The notes under the pieces are model-generated. The model was not told where the DNA came from. It was given only the letters and a program-made list of their open reading frames with translations, and ran no database searches. Shown here piece by piece: positions 1 through 13,255 of a DNA stretch of 64,000 bases. The stretch is from Macrostomum lignano (Eukaryota). Every line of letters begins with the position of its first letter. Positions within the stretch are counted from its first letter, which is position 1. Location: contig NIVC01001009.1 in assembly GCA_002269645.1 (NCBI GenBank), positions 87,951-151,950 of the forward strand, given 5' to 3'. The translations under genes were made by a program, and so were the position numbers.

Positions 1-64
1 AAATACAAATTAAGCAGCACGATCAGAATTGAACTATAAATCAACATACATACATAAATCAACA

Positions 65-585
65 GGCTGAGTCCGGTTTCCTCTTGCCCCTTGAGCCCCT
101 CCCCCGCCCCTTGGACTGGCCTCAAATATTGAGCTGGATAGGTGATGCCCTTGTGGCTTGCAGCCCCATAGGTAGCTGGAGGTCCTGCCTGATGGGAGAC
201 TCGCCCTCGGATACAAGCCTTCCAGATTCGCTCCAATAGTTAAGCCCTTTCCAAGACTTCTGGGTTTCCCCGCTCTTGGACGGCTTTCAGTAGTATACCA
301 AACATTTTCAAATCCAATTCTGTTTTTCGCGCACTCCCGAGGACTCGTCTGCTGGGGGGTAGCCTGGGTGGACCGTCCTGATTCCACTTTTTGGGTTGGC
401 GGTGTCTTGTACCATAGGCTTGGGCTAGTAGCCCCAAAATTCCCCCTGGCCTAGACGTCGGGGCCCAATCAAGAGGGTATCTCGGGCTTAGGCCCCTGGA
501 AGTGCCCCTCAGCGGCAGAGCCCCCCCCCCAGGGCTGATCCGCGGGAAGCAAGCTCTTTCCTCCCCGTTTAACAACAACAACAAC
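65..585 (+). mobile_element. Retroposed insertion (5'-truncated LINE 3' end or SINE) with (AAC)5 tail
   Basis: GC-rich 521-bp block ending in AACAACAACAACAAC. It is flanked by the direct repeat AAATCAACA at 56-64 and 586-594, consistent with a target-site duplication. Family not identified. Confidence 0.6.
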
Positions 586-601
586 AAATCAACATACAAA
601 G

Positions 602-605
<4 letters not shown>

Positions 606-639
<34 letters not shown>

Positions 640-640
640 A

Positions 641-705
<65 letters not shown>

Positions 706-708
706 GGC

Positions 709-741
<33 letters not shown>

Positions 742-768
742 GGCAGGCAGGCAGACAGACAGACAGGC

Positions 769-799
<31 letters not shown>

Positions 800-801
800 G
801 A
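606..801. repeat. (GACA)n microsatellite
   Basis: Direct reading; explains the VCLS/RQTD ORFs in the track. Confidence 0.97.
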
Positions 802-1439
802 CACACACATGTTCAAAATGTAAGATGGCCGTGGACGCTAGGACAGGCAGATAAGAAGGGAATACACAGAAATCGCTTAATCTCAATGTCTCGCCAGTCG
901 CAAAAGCTCCAGCGAGGCTCGCACCATCGCCAGCTTTGCCATCCGTAACGTTCTCAACTCAAGCCCAATGCCCAATGGTGTAAATGCAATTCGACCCATT
1001 AAGCCAGAAGTGGGTGCTCGCTAAGTAAACAACAAATGACATTTAAATTTAGAGACGACAGACGTTTATTATAAGTAGATAGAGAGCGCGCTGGATCAAT
1101 GCTATTTGAGCAGGGCTGCTCAAACACAGACCACCAGTTGCCTCCCCTGACCCCCTCCTCACAGCCCATTTGGCCCGAGCTGTATACTAATTTATTTTCA
1201 ATGGCCCAAACGTTTGCCATGAAGTTGAACCGATCTGCTTTGGATCTCAAATTTGATTGGGATTTTATTCCAACCGGACTGACTTAATTGGTATTAATCA
1301 CTTTAGAGATTTATTTGTACAGCGGCTATCATGCTAACGTAATTATCGACTATGTTCGAGCAGTGGTGGATTTAACAGTGGGGCTAATGCTCGACCCGTT
1401 GTAAGATTTTATCTTAGCTTGGCATTTTAGAAGGCGCTA

Positions 1440-2430
1440 TCTTATTTAGGGGGCGCTGGCTTGTTTAGGGGCGCTGTATTGTTTAGGGAACCGCTAGCTG
1501 TCTTGTTTCGTCGGTGCTGTCTTGTTTAGGGGGTGCTGTCTTGTTTAGGGGGTGCTGTCTTGTTTAGGGGGTGCTGCCTTGTTTAGGGGTGCTGCCTTGT
1601 TTAGGGGGTGCTGTCTTGTTTAGGGGGTGCTGCCTTGTTTAGGGGGTGCTGTCTTGTTTAGGGGGTGCTGCCTTGTTTAGGGGGTGCTGCCTTGTTTAGG
1701 GGGTGCTGTCTTGTTTAGGGGGTGCTGTCTTGTTTAGGGGGTGCTGTCTTGTTTAGGGGGTGCTGTCTTGTTTAGGGGGTGCTGCCTTGTTTAGGGGGTG
1801 CTGCCTTGTTTAGGGGGTGCTGTCTTGTTTAGGGGGTGCTGCCTTGTTTAGGGGTGCTGCCTTGTTTAGGGGGTGCTGTCTTGTTTAGGGGGTGCTGTCT
1901 TGTTTAGGGGGTGCTGTCTTGTTTAGGGGGTGCTGTCTTGTTTAGGGGGTGCTGCCTTGTTTAGGGGGTGCTGCCTTGTTTAGGGGGTGCTGTCTTGTTT
2001 AGGGGGTGCTGTCTTGTTTAGGGGGTGCTGCCTTGTTTAGGGGGTGCTGTCTTGTTTAGGGAGTGCTGTCTTGTTTAGGGGGTGCTGTCTTGTTTAGGGG
2101 GTGCTGTCTTGTTTAGGGGGTGCTGTCTTGTTTAGGGGTGCTGTCTTGTTTAGGGGGTGCTGTCTTGTTTAGGGGGTGCTGCCTTGTTTAGGGGGTGCTG
2201 TCTTGTTTAGGAGGCCGCTAGCTGTTTTGTTTAAGAGGCCGCTAACTGTCTTGTTTAGGGGGCCGCTAGCTGTATTGTTTAGGGGGTGCTGTTTAGGGGC
2301 CGCTAGCTTTCTTGTTTAGGGGTGCTGGCTTGTTTAAGGGGTGCTGTCTAGGGGGCCGCTAGCTGTCTTGTTCAGGGGGCCGCTAGATGTCTTGTTTAGG
2401 GGGCGCTGGCTTGTTTAGGGGGTGCTGCTT
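1440..2430. repeat. 19-bp G-rich minisatellite (TGTTTAGGGGGTGCTG[T/C]CT)
   Basis: About 35 near-perfect copies at ~1530-2210 with degenerate flanks; each unit has TTAGGG inside a G5 tract. Confidence 0.95.
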
Positions 2431-3649
2431 TGTGCGTTGACGAGGGGGCTACCTAGAGAACGGCGTAGGATCTATTTGAGGGACTTTTTTCTCTCAAACG
2501 AAAAATCTCGGTAAACATCATAAAGGGAAAAATATTTTGAATTGCCCATAAAAATTTGAAAATTAAATCGACAGTGATGGGGTGGGTCAATAAATCAAAT
2601 TAACAATGGATTACTGAGATTGAACTCGGCATTGAATTCAATGGATTTCGAGGGCGCGAAGGCAATTTGAAGTTGTTGAGAATCATTGTCAAAACTGCTG
2701 GATTGCCTGCTTGGTTCTCATCATAACATGTAGTCGCTGGGGTCACTTCATTCTCAATTGGCCAATCGAGAATGGCGCCCGTAGTCAATCACAGCCCTCA
2801 GTCTCTCGCAGACTCAACTTTGGTCTTTGTTGTTATGCCAGTAAAGCATGACCTAGGATTGCGCAACTTTTGTAATTGCTGTAATACAGTCAATTTTGAA
2901 AGCCACAAGTATATCAGATGAATTGGTGGTCACTGACCTCAATCAGTGATACTACAATAAGACAATGGTGGTTGCTAGGTGGACACACGATAGCTCTCCA
3001 TTGCTGCTCCGGACTGATAACTCCGACACCCCCTGGCAATAGGCCTTGTATAATTTAATGTGTTTTAAAACTTGACATTGCGCGATTGCTGGCTCATACA
3101 TTTTACAAGGCTATTGACTTAATCAAAGCTATATAGATATACATAAGGGCTATTTTTGAATCTGAGCTCGACAGTGAAGAGGCAGACTGCACCGATGATG
3201 GAATGGCAAACAGGGGCACATGTGACATCATGCCTGTCGACAAAAACAGTTGACAATTGACATGCGATAGCCCGCATTGTACCATTGAATCAAATCTCTA
3301 CGCTGAGACCCCTTTGTCCCATTTTGCTGGCCACGAATGAATATAACTGCTGGCATCATTCCTCATATCAATATATACTTGTTCGAATTTTTCGTTGCTA
3401 TGTGAGACATTTTTCTTCGCTTCAAAGCTCTGTCCATCATTAGTTGATCTCGGTAGGAATACTTCTCTAATAATATCTCAACTTCTGTTTTGCGCTTTTC
3501 TGCTAGTCCTAAACATTGTCATTTGTATAGCAGTTAATCTTAATGAACAATGCGACAAATGGAATAATGGAGTAAGTGTCTGTCTGAATGTCCGTCTGGG
3601 TGTCTGTCCTGTGGCTCTTCTTAGTAGTATATCTCCTGCTCTCTGCCTA

Positions 3650-5995
3650 ATAGTCCATCTCATAGTCTGCCTCCTAGTCTGCCAGACAGTCATAGTCTGC
3701 CTCAGTCTGTCTCATAGTCTGTCTCATAGTCTGCCCTATAGTCTGCCTCAGTCTGTCTCATAGTCTGTCTCATAGTCTGTCTCATAGTCTGCCCTATAGT
3801 CTGCCTCAGTCTGTCTCATAGTCTGTCACATAGTCTGTCTCATAGTCTGCCCTATAGTCTGCCTCAGTCTGTCTCATAGTCTGCCCTATAGTCTGCCTCA
3901 GTCTGTCTCATAGTCTGTCTCATAGTCTGTCTCATAGTCTGTCTCATAGTCTGTCTCATAGTCTGCCCTATAGTCTGCCTCAGTCTGTCTCATAGTCTGT
4001 CTCATAGTCTGCCTCAGTCTGTCTCATAGTCTGTCTCATAGTCTGTCTCATAGTCTGCCCTATAGTCAGCCTCAGTCTGTCTCATAGTCTGTCCTATAGT
4101 CTGCCTCAGTCTGTCTCATAGTCTGTCTCATAGTCTGTCTCATAGTCTGACTCATAGTCTGTCTCATAGTCTGCCCTATAGTCTGCCTCAGTCTGTCTCA
4201 TAGTCTGTCTCATAGTCTGTCTCATAGTCTGTCTCATAGTCTGTCTCATAGTCTGTCCTATAGTCTGCCTCAGTCTGTCTCATAGTCTGTCTCATAGTCT
4301 GTCTCATAGTCTGCCCTATAGTCAGCCTCAGTCTGTCTCATAGTCTGTCTCATAGTCTGTCTCATAGTCTGTCCTATAGTCTGCCTCAGTCTGTCTCATA
4401 GTCTGTCTCCTAGTCTGTCTCATAGTCTGCCCTATAGTCAGCCTCAGTCTGTCTCATAGTCTGTCTCATAGTCTGTCTCATAGTCTGCCCTATAGTCAGC
4501 CTCAGTCTGTCTCATAGTCTGTCTCATAGTCTGTCTCATAGTCTGCCCTATAGTCTGCCTCAGTCTGTCTCATAGTCTGTCTCATAGTCTGCCCTATAGT
4601 CAGCCTCAGTCTGTCTCATAGTCTGTCTCATAGTCTGTCTCATAGTCTGTCCTATAGTCTGCCTCAGTCTGTCTCATAGTCTGTCTCATAGTCTGTCTCA
4701 TAGTCTGTCTCATAGTCTGCCCTATAGTCAGCCTCAGTCTGTCTCATAGTCTGTCTCATAGTCTGTCTCATAGTCTGCCCTATAGTCTGCCTCAGTCTGT
4801 CTCATAGTTTGTCCTATAGTCTGCCTCAGTCTGTCTCATAGTCTGTCTCATAGTCTGTCTCATAGTCTGCCCTATAGTCAGCCTCAGTCTGTCTCATAGT
4901 CTGTCTCATAGTCTGTCTCATAGTCTGCCCTATAGTCTGCCTCAGTCTGTCTCATAGTCTGTCTCATAGTCTGTCTCATAGTCTGACTCATAGTCTGTCT
5001 CATAGTCTGTCCTATAGTCTGCCTCAGTCTGTCTCATAGTCTGTCTCATAGTCTGTCTCATAGTCTGTCTCAGTCTGTCTCATAGTCTGCCTCAGTCTGT
5101 CTCATAGTCTGCCCTATAGTCTGCCTCAGTCTGTCTCATAGTCTGTCTCATAGTCTGTCTCATAGTCTGTCTCATAGTCTGTCTCATAGTCTGCCCTATA
5201 GTCAGCCTCAGTCTGTCTCATAGTCTGCCTCAGTCTGTCTCATAGTCTGCCCTATAGTCTGCCTCAGTCTGTCTCATAGTCTGTCTCATAGTCTGTCTCA
5301 TAGTCTGTCTCATAGTCTGCCCTATAGTCTGCCTCAGTCTGTCTCATAGTCTGCCTCAGTCTGTCTCATAGTCTGCCCTATAGTCTGCCTCAGTCTGTCT
5401 CATAGTCTGTCTCATAGTCTGTCTCAGTCTGTCTCATAGTCTGCCTCAGTCTGTCTCATAGTCTGCCCTATAGTCTGCCTCAGTCTGTCTCATAGTCTGT
5501 CTCATAGTCTGTCTCATAGTCTGTCTCATAGTCTGTCTCATAGTCTGCCCTATAGTCAGCCTCAGTCTGTCTCATAGTCTGCCTCAGTCTGTCTCATAGT
5601 CTGCCCTATAGTCTGCCTCAGTCTGTCTCATAGTCTGTCTCATAGTCTGTCTCATAGTCTGTCTCATAGTCTGCCCTATAGTCTGCCTCAGTCTGTCTCA
5701 TAGTCTGTCTCATAGTCTGTCTCATAGTCTGTCTCATAGTCTGCCCTATAGTCTGCCTCAGTCTGTCTCATAGTCTGCCTCAGTCTGTCTCATAGTCTGC
5801 CCTATAGTCTGCCTCAGTCTGTCTCATAGTCTGTCTCATAGTCTGTCTCATAGTCTGTCTCATAGTCTGCCCTATAGTCTGCCTCAGTCTGTCTCATAGT
5901 CTGCCTCAGTCTGTCTCATAGTCTGCCTCAGTCTGTCTCATAGTCTGCCTCAGTCTGTCTCATAGTCTGCCTCAGTCTGTCTCATAGTCAGCTTC
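3650..5995. repeat. Composite 10/12-bp minisatellite (GTCTCATAGTCT, GCCCTATAGTCT, GCCTCAGTCT)
   Basis: About 2.3 kb of interleaved variant units sharing the AGTCT core. Confidence 0.95.
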
Positions 5996-6299
5996 AGTCT
6001 TGTCCGATTCTCTTTTTGCCTGTTTCACTGAAAAAACGATGGATCTTTTTCATTCCATCTGTATCGCATTGACAGACTCTTGCATTTTTGTTTCTGATTT
6101 CGGCAATGCATCTACTTGCTTGCCTCTATTACATCCTGTCTATTCAGAAACTGTAAAAAAGAAAATTACGACCAAACCAGCAAAGCAAAAAAAACAAAAA
6201 AACCCTGCCATAGAAGAGGAAATTTTGTTTGATATTTTGGTTCCAAGGTTCGCCAGAAGAACAGGTGCTGGTACTTGAGGACGTTGGAATGATGGAATT

Positions 6300-6975
6300 G
6301 CAATTTCGGCAATCCGTGTTATTACAGTTAGGGGTGAGCTATTAACCAGTGAAATGCGGAACACTTTCAAGAAAATTGTGGGAATCAAAATCTCGGCCTG
6401 AGTTCATTTCGATGAATGACACTTATCAGTCCTCTTAGCCTTGGTCTCCGAGAATTTCTTTATTGCAACCCCCGCCGCGGCCTTTGTAGAGACCCGGGCG
6501 CCGCCAACAAAGAAGTTTTATTAGTTTTGTTGGTGTTGTTAAACAAATTGGTTTGCTCCCTGCTCCCTGCAGAACTGACTGGGGATCTGTTGGGGCCGGA
6601 GAGTTTACACTTCTGTTTTCCTGCCAAAATAATGTGACAGCCAAGTGCGTCTTTTGTCCGTGTTGCATGCTAGCTGAGCGCAAATTTTACATTTTATCAT
6701 TTGAAAACGGTTCTGTTCACCTCTCAAGCATCCCCTTTCAAGCAAAGCTTCATTATAAGTCCTAAATTCCATAAAGTGGGTGGATTTCATAGTGGATGAT
6801 GGTATGCCGCTTTTTCACAATTTCCGTTCTCTGCCTTTCTGTAGCCAGCCGCAATGCCAGGGTCGAACTGATAAACTTGAATCCTTTGCTTGGCGCCTTC
6901 CTAATTCAAATAATTTCTTTCCAGTGCAGCTTTAATCACTGACTGATGATGCCATTCTGCTAAGGCGGATTTAAT
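6300..6975 (+). mobile_element. Possible highly decayed Penelope-like (GIY-YIG) remnant
   Basis: Broken-frame peptides CVFCPC..FYI..HLKT and LLGAFLIQ..FN loosely resemble the GIY-YIG module. They are followed by CTGATGATGCC...GGCG (~6943-6968), like a degenerate hammerhead core. Similarity is weak. Confidence 0.3.
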
Positions 6976-7519
6976 TGGGGAGGCATATGGCATTTCATTC
7001 GTCCCCCCTCTCTCCAGTTTTAAAGTTTGTTTGCTATGCAATTAAGCCTGCCATATCAAGCCTTTTAACTGGCCATGTATTAGACTAGAAAATCGCTTTT
7101 TATAAAGAATATTATAAAAAAGCTGGGTTACTAAGCCTGTTAAATTAAGTCCTAGGACTGTTACGAGACGGAGATAGAGAGCAATCTGTTGGCCCTATGG
7201 TTCTGTTTGCATTGGACAATTCGATTTATAAAGATAAAAAATCTGCCCTTTTCCAGCTCGTCGTCAGCGCCTCTCCACTCGCCCGGGAGCCCGGCTCAGC
7301 GATAAGCGTCAATGAATTTTTCAAGATCAAAACGGCGCGATAAATCCAGCCGACCATTTTCGGCCTATTTGATCGCAGTAAAACAAATTAATGAAATAAA
7401 TCATTTCATTAATGCGTCTATTTAACTGAAGATTAAGGCTTAATCATAAGGAGTTAGTAGTTGAAGCTTTAAGTTGCGTTTGCTTAACTAAAATCTTGCT
7501 AATGATAACTTCAAATTGA

Positions 7520-8465
7520 TCTCTCTTCTCCTTCAACAGACCTCTCTTCTCGTTCAGACCTCTCTTCTCCTTCCCAGACCTCTCTTCTCGTTCAGACCTC
7601 TCTTCTCGTTCAGACCTCTTTTCTCCTTCCCCAGACCTCTCTTCTCGTTCAGACCTCTCTTCTCGTTCAGACCTCTTTTCTCCTTCCCCAGACCTCTCTT
7701 CTCGTTCAGACCTCTCTTCTCGTTCAGACCTCTCTTCTCCTTCCCCAGACCTCTCTTCTCGTTCAGACCTCTCTTCTCGTTCAGACCTCTCTTCAACTTC
7801 CCCAGACCTCTCTTCTCGTTCAGACCTCTCTTCTCCTTCCCCAGACCTCTCTTCTCGTTCAGACCTCTCTTCAACTTCCCCAGACCTCTCTTCTCGTTCA
7901 GACCTCTCTTCTCGTTCAGACCTCTCTTCAACTTCCCCAGACCTCTCTTCTCGTTCAGACCTCTCTTCAACTTCCCCAGACCTCTCTTCTCGTTCAGACC
8001 TCTCTTCTCCTTCCCCAGACCTCTCTTCTCGTTCAGACCTCTCTTCTCGTTCAGACCTCTCTTCTCCTCCCCCAGACCTCTCTTCTCGTTCAAACCTCTC
8101 TTCTCGTTCAAATCTCTCTTCTCCTCCCCCAGACCTCTCTTCTCCTTCCCCAGACCTCTCTTCTTCTTCCACAGACCTCTCTTCTCGTTCAAACCTCTCT
8201 TCTCCTTCCCCAGACCTCTCTTCTCGTTCAGATCTCTCTTCTCCTCCCCCAGACCTCTCTTCTCCTTCCCCAGACCTCTCTTCTCGTTCAGATCTCTCTT
8301 CTCCTCCCCCAGACCTCTCTTCTCCTTCCCCAGACCTCTCTTCTCCTTCCCAAAACCTCTCTTCTCGTTCAGACCTCTCTTCTCCTCCCCCAGACCTCTC
8401 TTCTCCTTCCCCAGACCTCTCTTCTCCTTCCCAAAACCTCTCTTCTCGTTCAGACCTCTCTTCTT
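7520..8465. repeat. Pyrimidine-rich 18/21-bp minisatellite (AGACCTCTCTTCTCGTTC / AGACCTCTCTTCTCCTTCCCC)
   Basis: Both unit lengths are multiples of 3, which explains the long RPLFSF/EKRGLN ORFs. Confidence 0.95.
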
Positions 8466-9464
8466 GTCCCTCAGACTATTTGTCTTTGACAGCATCCAGT
8501 CTCACTCGGGCAAAGCCTATGTTCTTCATCATAAGGGAGTGATGTTAACCGCCTAACCTGCCTAGGTGAAAGTGAGTCCGTTGCGGCGTTTGCCAATAAT
8601 CACAAGGCTTTAATTCAGGGTTAACTGCTTCTTACTCCATAGCTTCTAAGTTATTGATGTTTCATTTCGCACCGACAAAGGCAATTCTGTGGTATTGCTT
8701 TTTACCGAAGGCAATCAAGTGTTGTGGAAGCCCCATCAAGTAAAAAAACACAATTTAATGTCAGAAAGTCGAGTGTCGCCTAGGTATGCAATAAGCAATA
8801 ATGAAAGCAAACTCCTATTATAGTGAAGCAATCAGAATTTTGGAATAATCTAGTTCCATAGCCGAACAAGCTGAATATCAATTTTCACTCGCCCGCCGCC
8901 AAAATACGCAAAAAAACTAACTCGATAAACCCACGGGCCCCTGAAACTCCAGCCGTGTGGGTGTATTTGCATCGGTGCCACTTCAAAACTGCCATCTAAG
9001 CTCAATAATTAATTTCTTCAGCACCTGGCTTTGCTTTTGTTCTCAGGTGCCGAAATTGAAAGTTATTGATTTATTCTCGAGGAGAAACTCTCAATTGTGC
9101 CGAAGCTCCTTGTAAACTAATCTGGCCAACCTGAAGTGTCGCATTGCTTTGTTGTTTTTAGTGCCCGGGATAATTTTCCTGATGAGGATCTCCTGATCGG
9201 CTGCGAAAGCTTCATTTCGGGAAGCCGAGTCTCTGTTTTTCTAAGTGAATTTTTTCTTCTCAGTTTTCATCGCCTCATGAATATTTCAGTGCAAACATTT
9301 TAAGCAAAGCCAGGACATACGTGAGAGATTAAGGGTCACTGTTAATAGTAAGCATTGAAAACTTAAACTTGTCAGTTCATAACAAAACTGTTTAGTTCTT
9401 TCTCGATGAAATTGTATCAATATTGCAGGGTAAAGGTGGCTATTTTGAACACTGACTTATCCGG

Positions 9465-10415
9465 AGTGACTGTACTATGCAGAGTGACTGTACTATCCAG
9501 ATTGACTGTACTATATAGAGTGACTGTACCATATAGAGTGACTGTACCATATAGAGTGACTGTACTATGCAGAGTGACTGTACTATGCAGAGTGACTGTA
9601 CCATCCAGAGTGACTGTACTATGCAGAGTGACTGTACCATCCAGAGTGACTGTACTATCCAGATTGACTGTACTATGCAGAGTGACTGTACTATCCAGAG
9701 TGACTGTTCTATATAGAGTGACTGTACTATGCAGAGTGACTGTACTATCCAGATTGACTGTACTATATAGAGTGACTGTACCATATAGAGTGACTGTACC
9801 ATATAGAGTGACTGTACTATGCAGAGTGACTGTACTATGCAGAGTGACTGTACTATCCAGATTGACTGTACTATATAGAGTGACTGTACCATATAGAGTG
9901 ACTGTACCATATAGAGTGACTGTACTATGCAGAGTGACTGTACTATGCAGAGTGACTGTACCATCCAGAGTGACTGTACTATGCAGAGTGACTGTACCAT
10001 CCAGAGTGACTGTACTATCCAGATTGACTGTACTATGCAGAGTGACTGTACTATCCAGAGTGACTGTTCTATATAGAGTGACTGTACTATGCAGAGTGAC
10101 TGTACTATCCAGAGTGACTGTACTATATAGAGTGACTGTACTATGCAGAGTGACTGTACTATGCAGATTGACTGTACTATGCAGAGTGACTGTACTATCC
10201 AGAGTGACTGTTCTATATAGAGTGACTGTACCATATAGAGTGACTGTACTATCCAGATTGACTGTACTATGCAGAGTGACTGTACCATCCAGAGTGACTG
10301 TACTATCCAGAGTGAATGTACTATATAGAGTGACTGTACTATGCAGAGTGACTGTACTATGCAGATTGACTGTACAATGCCGAGTGACTGTACTATGTAG
10401 AGTGACTGTACTATG
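9465..10415. repeat. 18-bp minisatellite (AGAGTGACTGTACTATGC)
   Basis: About 50 copies with repeated blocks of variant units. Confidence 0.96.
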
Positions 10416-12479
10416 CAGGGACTATTTCAAAGGCTATTTAGTCCATTTAAGCGATCAAACTTGAGTAACTAGTTGGCACCGGCTAGATTTCTAAATAAGT
10501 AAAATTATTAATGCTCGACTGACTTTAGGAATTCAGATCAACTTAATCTAAAATTGAAAAAAAATTACATTTCTCTGTGCCAATGAAGGCGATATTCTTG
10601 CAGATCTCTATGGACTATGGCAATCGAATCAATATAATAATCAGACCGTTTAATTTCCAGCTCATTCTACAATGTAAGCTTGGGGAACAGCACAAAATTC
10701 GGGCATTGATTAGTTAGAAATTAATGAAATATCCCATCGGCAGCGGCTCACGCAAGGAAGGCGCCGCAGAAAAATGGCCGCAATGCCATGCAGATAAGTT
10801 AATTTCGAATCCCGTCGCTCTCCGAAACGCGTTAATTGCAATCAGCGCCGAGACCTCCTTCATATGACCCCACCCCAACACTGCCCGCAAATCAATGCTT
10901 CGGCTGAACTTCCTTCTACTCGTAGCAGCCTAGTTTTCAATTGCCAACCCCTTGGGCCATCTCCGACACCCCACAAATCCCTTAATCACTTAATCCTTCA
11001 TCGATTTAGTCGAGATTTCCAAGGGGATGGGGGTGGAAGGGGTTGGCCCGGGTTCGAGAGTCAAGACATGGAATTCTAGAACTAGGACCTGGAATAGCAG
11101 CTCTGCACCCAACCGTCTATTGGGGCTGGCGGACTGAGTGTGTTCAGTTTACACGCTGCAGGTAAGGCGAGTTTCTGTGTCACTTTCGATTCAGTCACTT
11201 CACTTGAAGATCATGGATTCCAGCGGGATAAACATAGAAAGGTGTGACGCAAAAACGTGTTTTATTTGTTGGATGGATCTTAGCCGCAACAGATTCATTT
11301 CGAGACAACTAAGTAGGCTTGTAGTCTAGGCCTGTAATTTGATCGGAAAATTAAATACCATTACGAAGTTACGAAATGATAATATTTTTGCAATACTTCG
11401 ACTACAAAAATAGCTCTCTGGAATCCATCAGGGCTTTCAAGTGAGATACAGCTTTAAAGTGTGGCTAAGCGAACTTAGCAAAAACTAATTGCTTTGGTTA
11501 AGCCAGGTCGCAGTTGTGACAATTTTCGCACAAAGTTTTAGACTCAGAAACTCTGCTGCGTTTCAATTGAAGAGACTTTGCCAGCTGCACTCAGTTGGTA
11601 GGCCAGGTCCCAGTTCCAGAACTCCTTGGTCAGGGAAGGCTTAGGCTATACAGCAAGAAATTGAAGGAAAGTGGGGAAAATTAGCCCCGAATCGAGGCGG
11701 CTCGGTCAAAATCCCCGAGCAGATATGGCCGTATTATTGTCCACTCGTCGGAGTTTAATTCCCGAAACGGAATGCCCCGGGAGCTGAGGGGGGAGAGAAA
11801 GTTTTTGATGAGTTGAGGCAGGCTTCCAGCCTCGAAATTTGCTGCTGGAGTGCCCTTGGGCTGCACTGCCTTTAATTACTCCAGTTTTGGCCATATTTAA
11901 TTCCAGGCAGAGCTCGCCTTCGCGACTGAATGGCCGCATGATTGGAATGATTAAAATATGTCAAAATTGATTTCATGTCGACACTCTGCTTGAACCCTGC
12001 TGTCAGGCAAACAAGGCCTTAACTACGAGTATCAGAATTAGTTCCCAGTAAACTCTGCACAAAAATCAATCTTACCTTGAGGAGCGCGAATAATTCCGAG
12101 CATCTTTCAGAAAATCTCCATCACAAGAAATTCCCTGGGGAATTTCCTAATTATCAACACCGAGATTCTTTAAGAGAGAACCACAATCCAGAGTCCCAGA
12201 GGATCACCCCCGAGAATCGATCCCGAGAATCGTCCTCCAGAATCTTACCTGACAATCTCCTCGAGAATCTCGAAAATCTTTCATGAGAATCACGCTCGAG
12301 AATTCTCGAGAATCTTATCTGACAATCTCTGAGAATCTCGGCGAGACTCTCCTCGACGATCTTCCCCAAGAATACCATCTAAGAATCTCCCCTAAAAATA
12401 TCCACCAAGAATCTTGCCTAAGAATCTTCCGAGAATCTCCTTGAGAAACTTTCCGATAATCTTCCTTGAGAATCCTTGA

Positions 12480-12901
12480 GAATCTCAGAACTCAGAACTC
12501 AGAATCTCTCTCTCTTTAGAGAGAATCCCAGGACTCAGAACCCAGAATCTTCATCGAGAATCCCAGGACTCAGAACCCAGAATCTTCATCGAGAATCCCA
12601 GGACTCAGAACCCAGAATCTTCATCGAGAATCCCAGGACTCAGAACCCAGAATCTTCATCGAGAATCCCAGGACTCAGAACCCAGAATCTTCATCGAGAA
12701 TCCCAGGACTCAGAACCCAGAATCTTCATCGAGAATCCCAGGACTCAGAACCCAGAATCTTCATCGAGAATCCCAGGACTCAGAACCCAGAATCTTCATC
12801 GAGAATCCCAGGACTCAGAACCCAGAATCTTCATCGAGAATCCCAGGACTCAGAATCCAGAATCTCTCTCTCTGTCTCGAATCCCAGGGCTCAGAACCCA
12901 G

Positions 12902-12946
<45 letters not shown>

Positions 12947-13255
12947 GTCTCGAATCCCAGGACTCAGAACCCAGAATCTTAATCGAGAATCCAGGACTCA
13001 GAACCCAGAATCTTAATCGAGAATCCAGGACTCAGAACCCAGAATCTTAATCGAGAATCCAGGACTCAGAACCCAGAATCTTAATCGAGAATCCAGGACT
13101 CAGAACCCAGAATCTTAATCGAGAATCCAGGACTCAGAACCCAGAATCTTAATCGAGAATCCAGGACTCAGAACCCAGAATCTTAATCGAGAATCCAGGA
13201 CTCAGAACCCAGAATCTTAATCGAGAATCCAGGACTCAGAACCCAGAATCTCCCT
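12480..13255. repeat. 35-bp then 34-bp minisatellite (GAGAATCC[C]AGGACTCAGAACCCAGAATCTT[C/A]ATC) split by (CT)n
   Basis: 35-mer at ~12520-12860, (CT)n at ~12904-12945, 34-mer at ~12985-13250; degenerate GAGAATC repeats extend upstream to ~12180. Confidence 0.94.

Noticed and set aside
240-948. VCLS/RQTD ORFs (also 26724-28028)
   Set aside because: Translations of (GACA)n repeats; the long 26920-28314 ORF is RARS1 exon 5 reading through its donor into the intronic repeat.
6140-6388. Hydrophobic minus-strand ORF resembling a membrane segment
   Set aside because: No family motif or convincing splice partners; the region looks more like a decayed element.
7444-8556. Long RPLFSF / EKRGLN / EERSER ORFs
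   Set aside because: Open only because the 18- and 21-bp units lack stops; no unique coding context.
9178-9215. CTGATGA...GAAAGCTTC hammerhead-like string
   Set aside because: Stem II is irregular and no stem I pairing follows the putative cleavage site.
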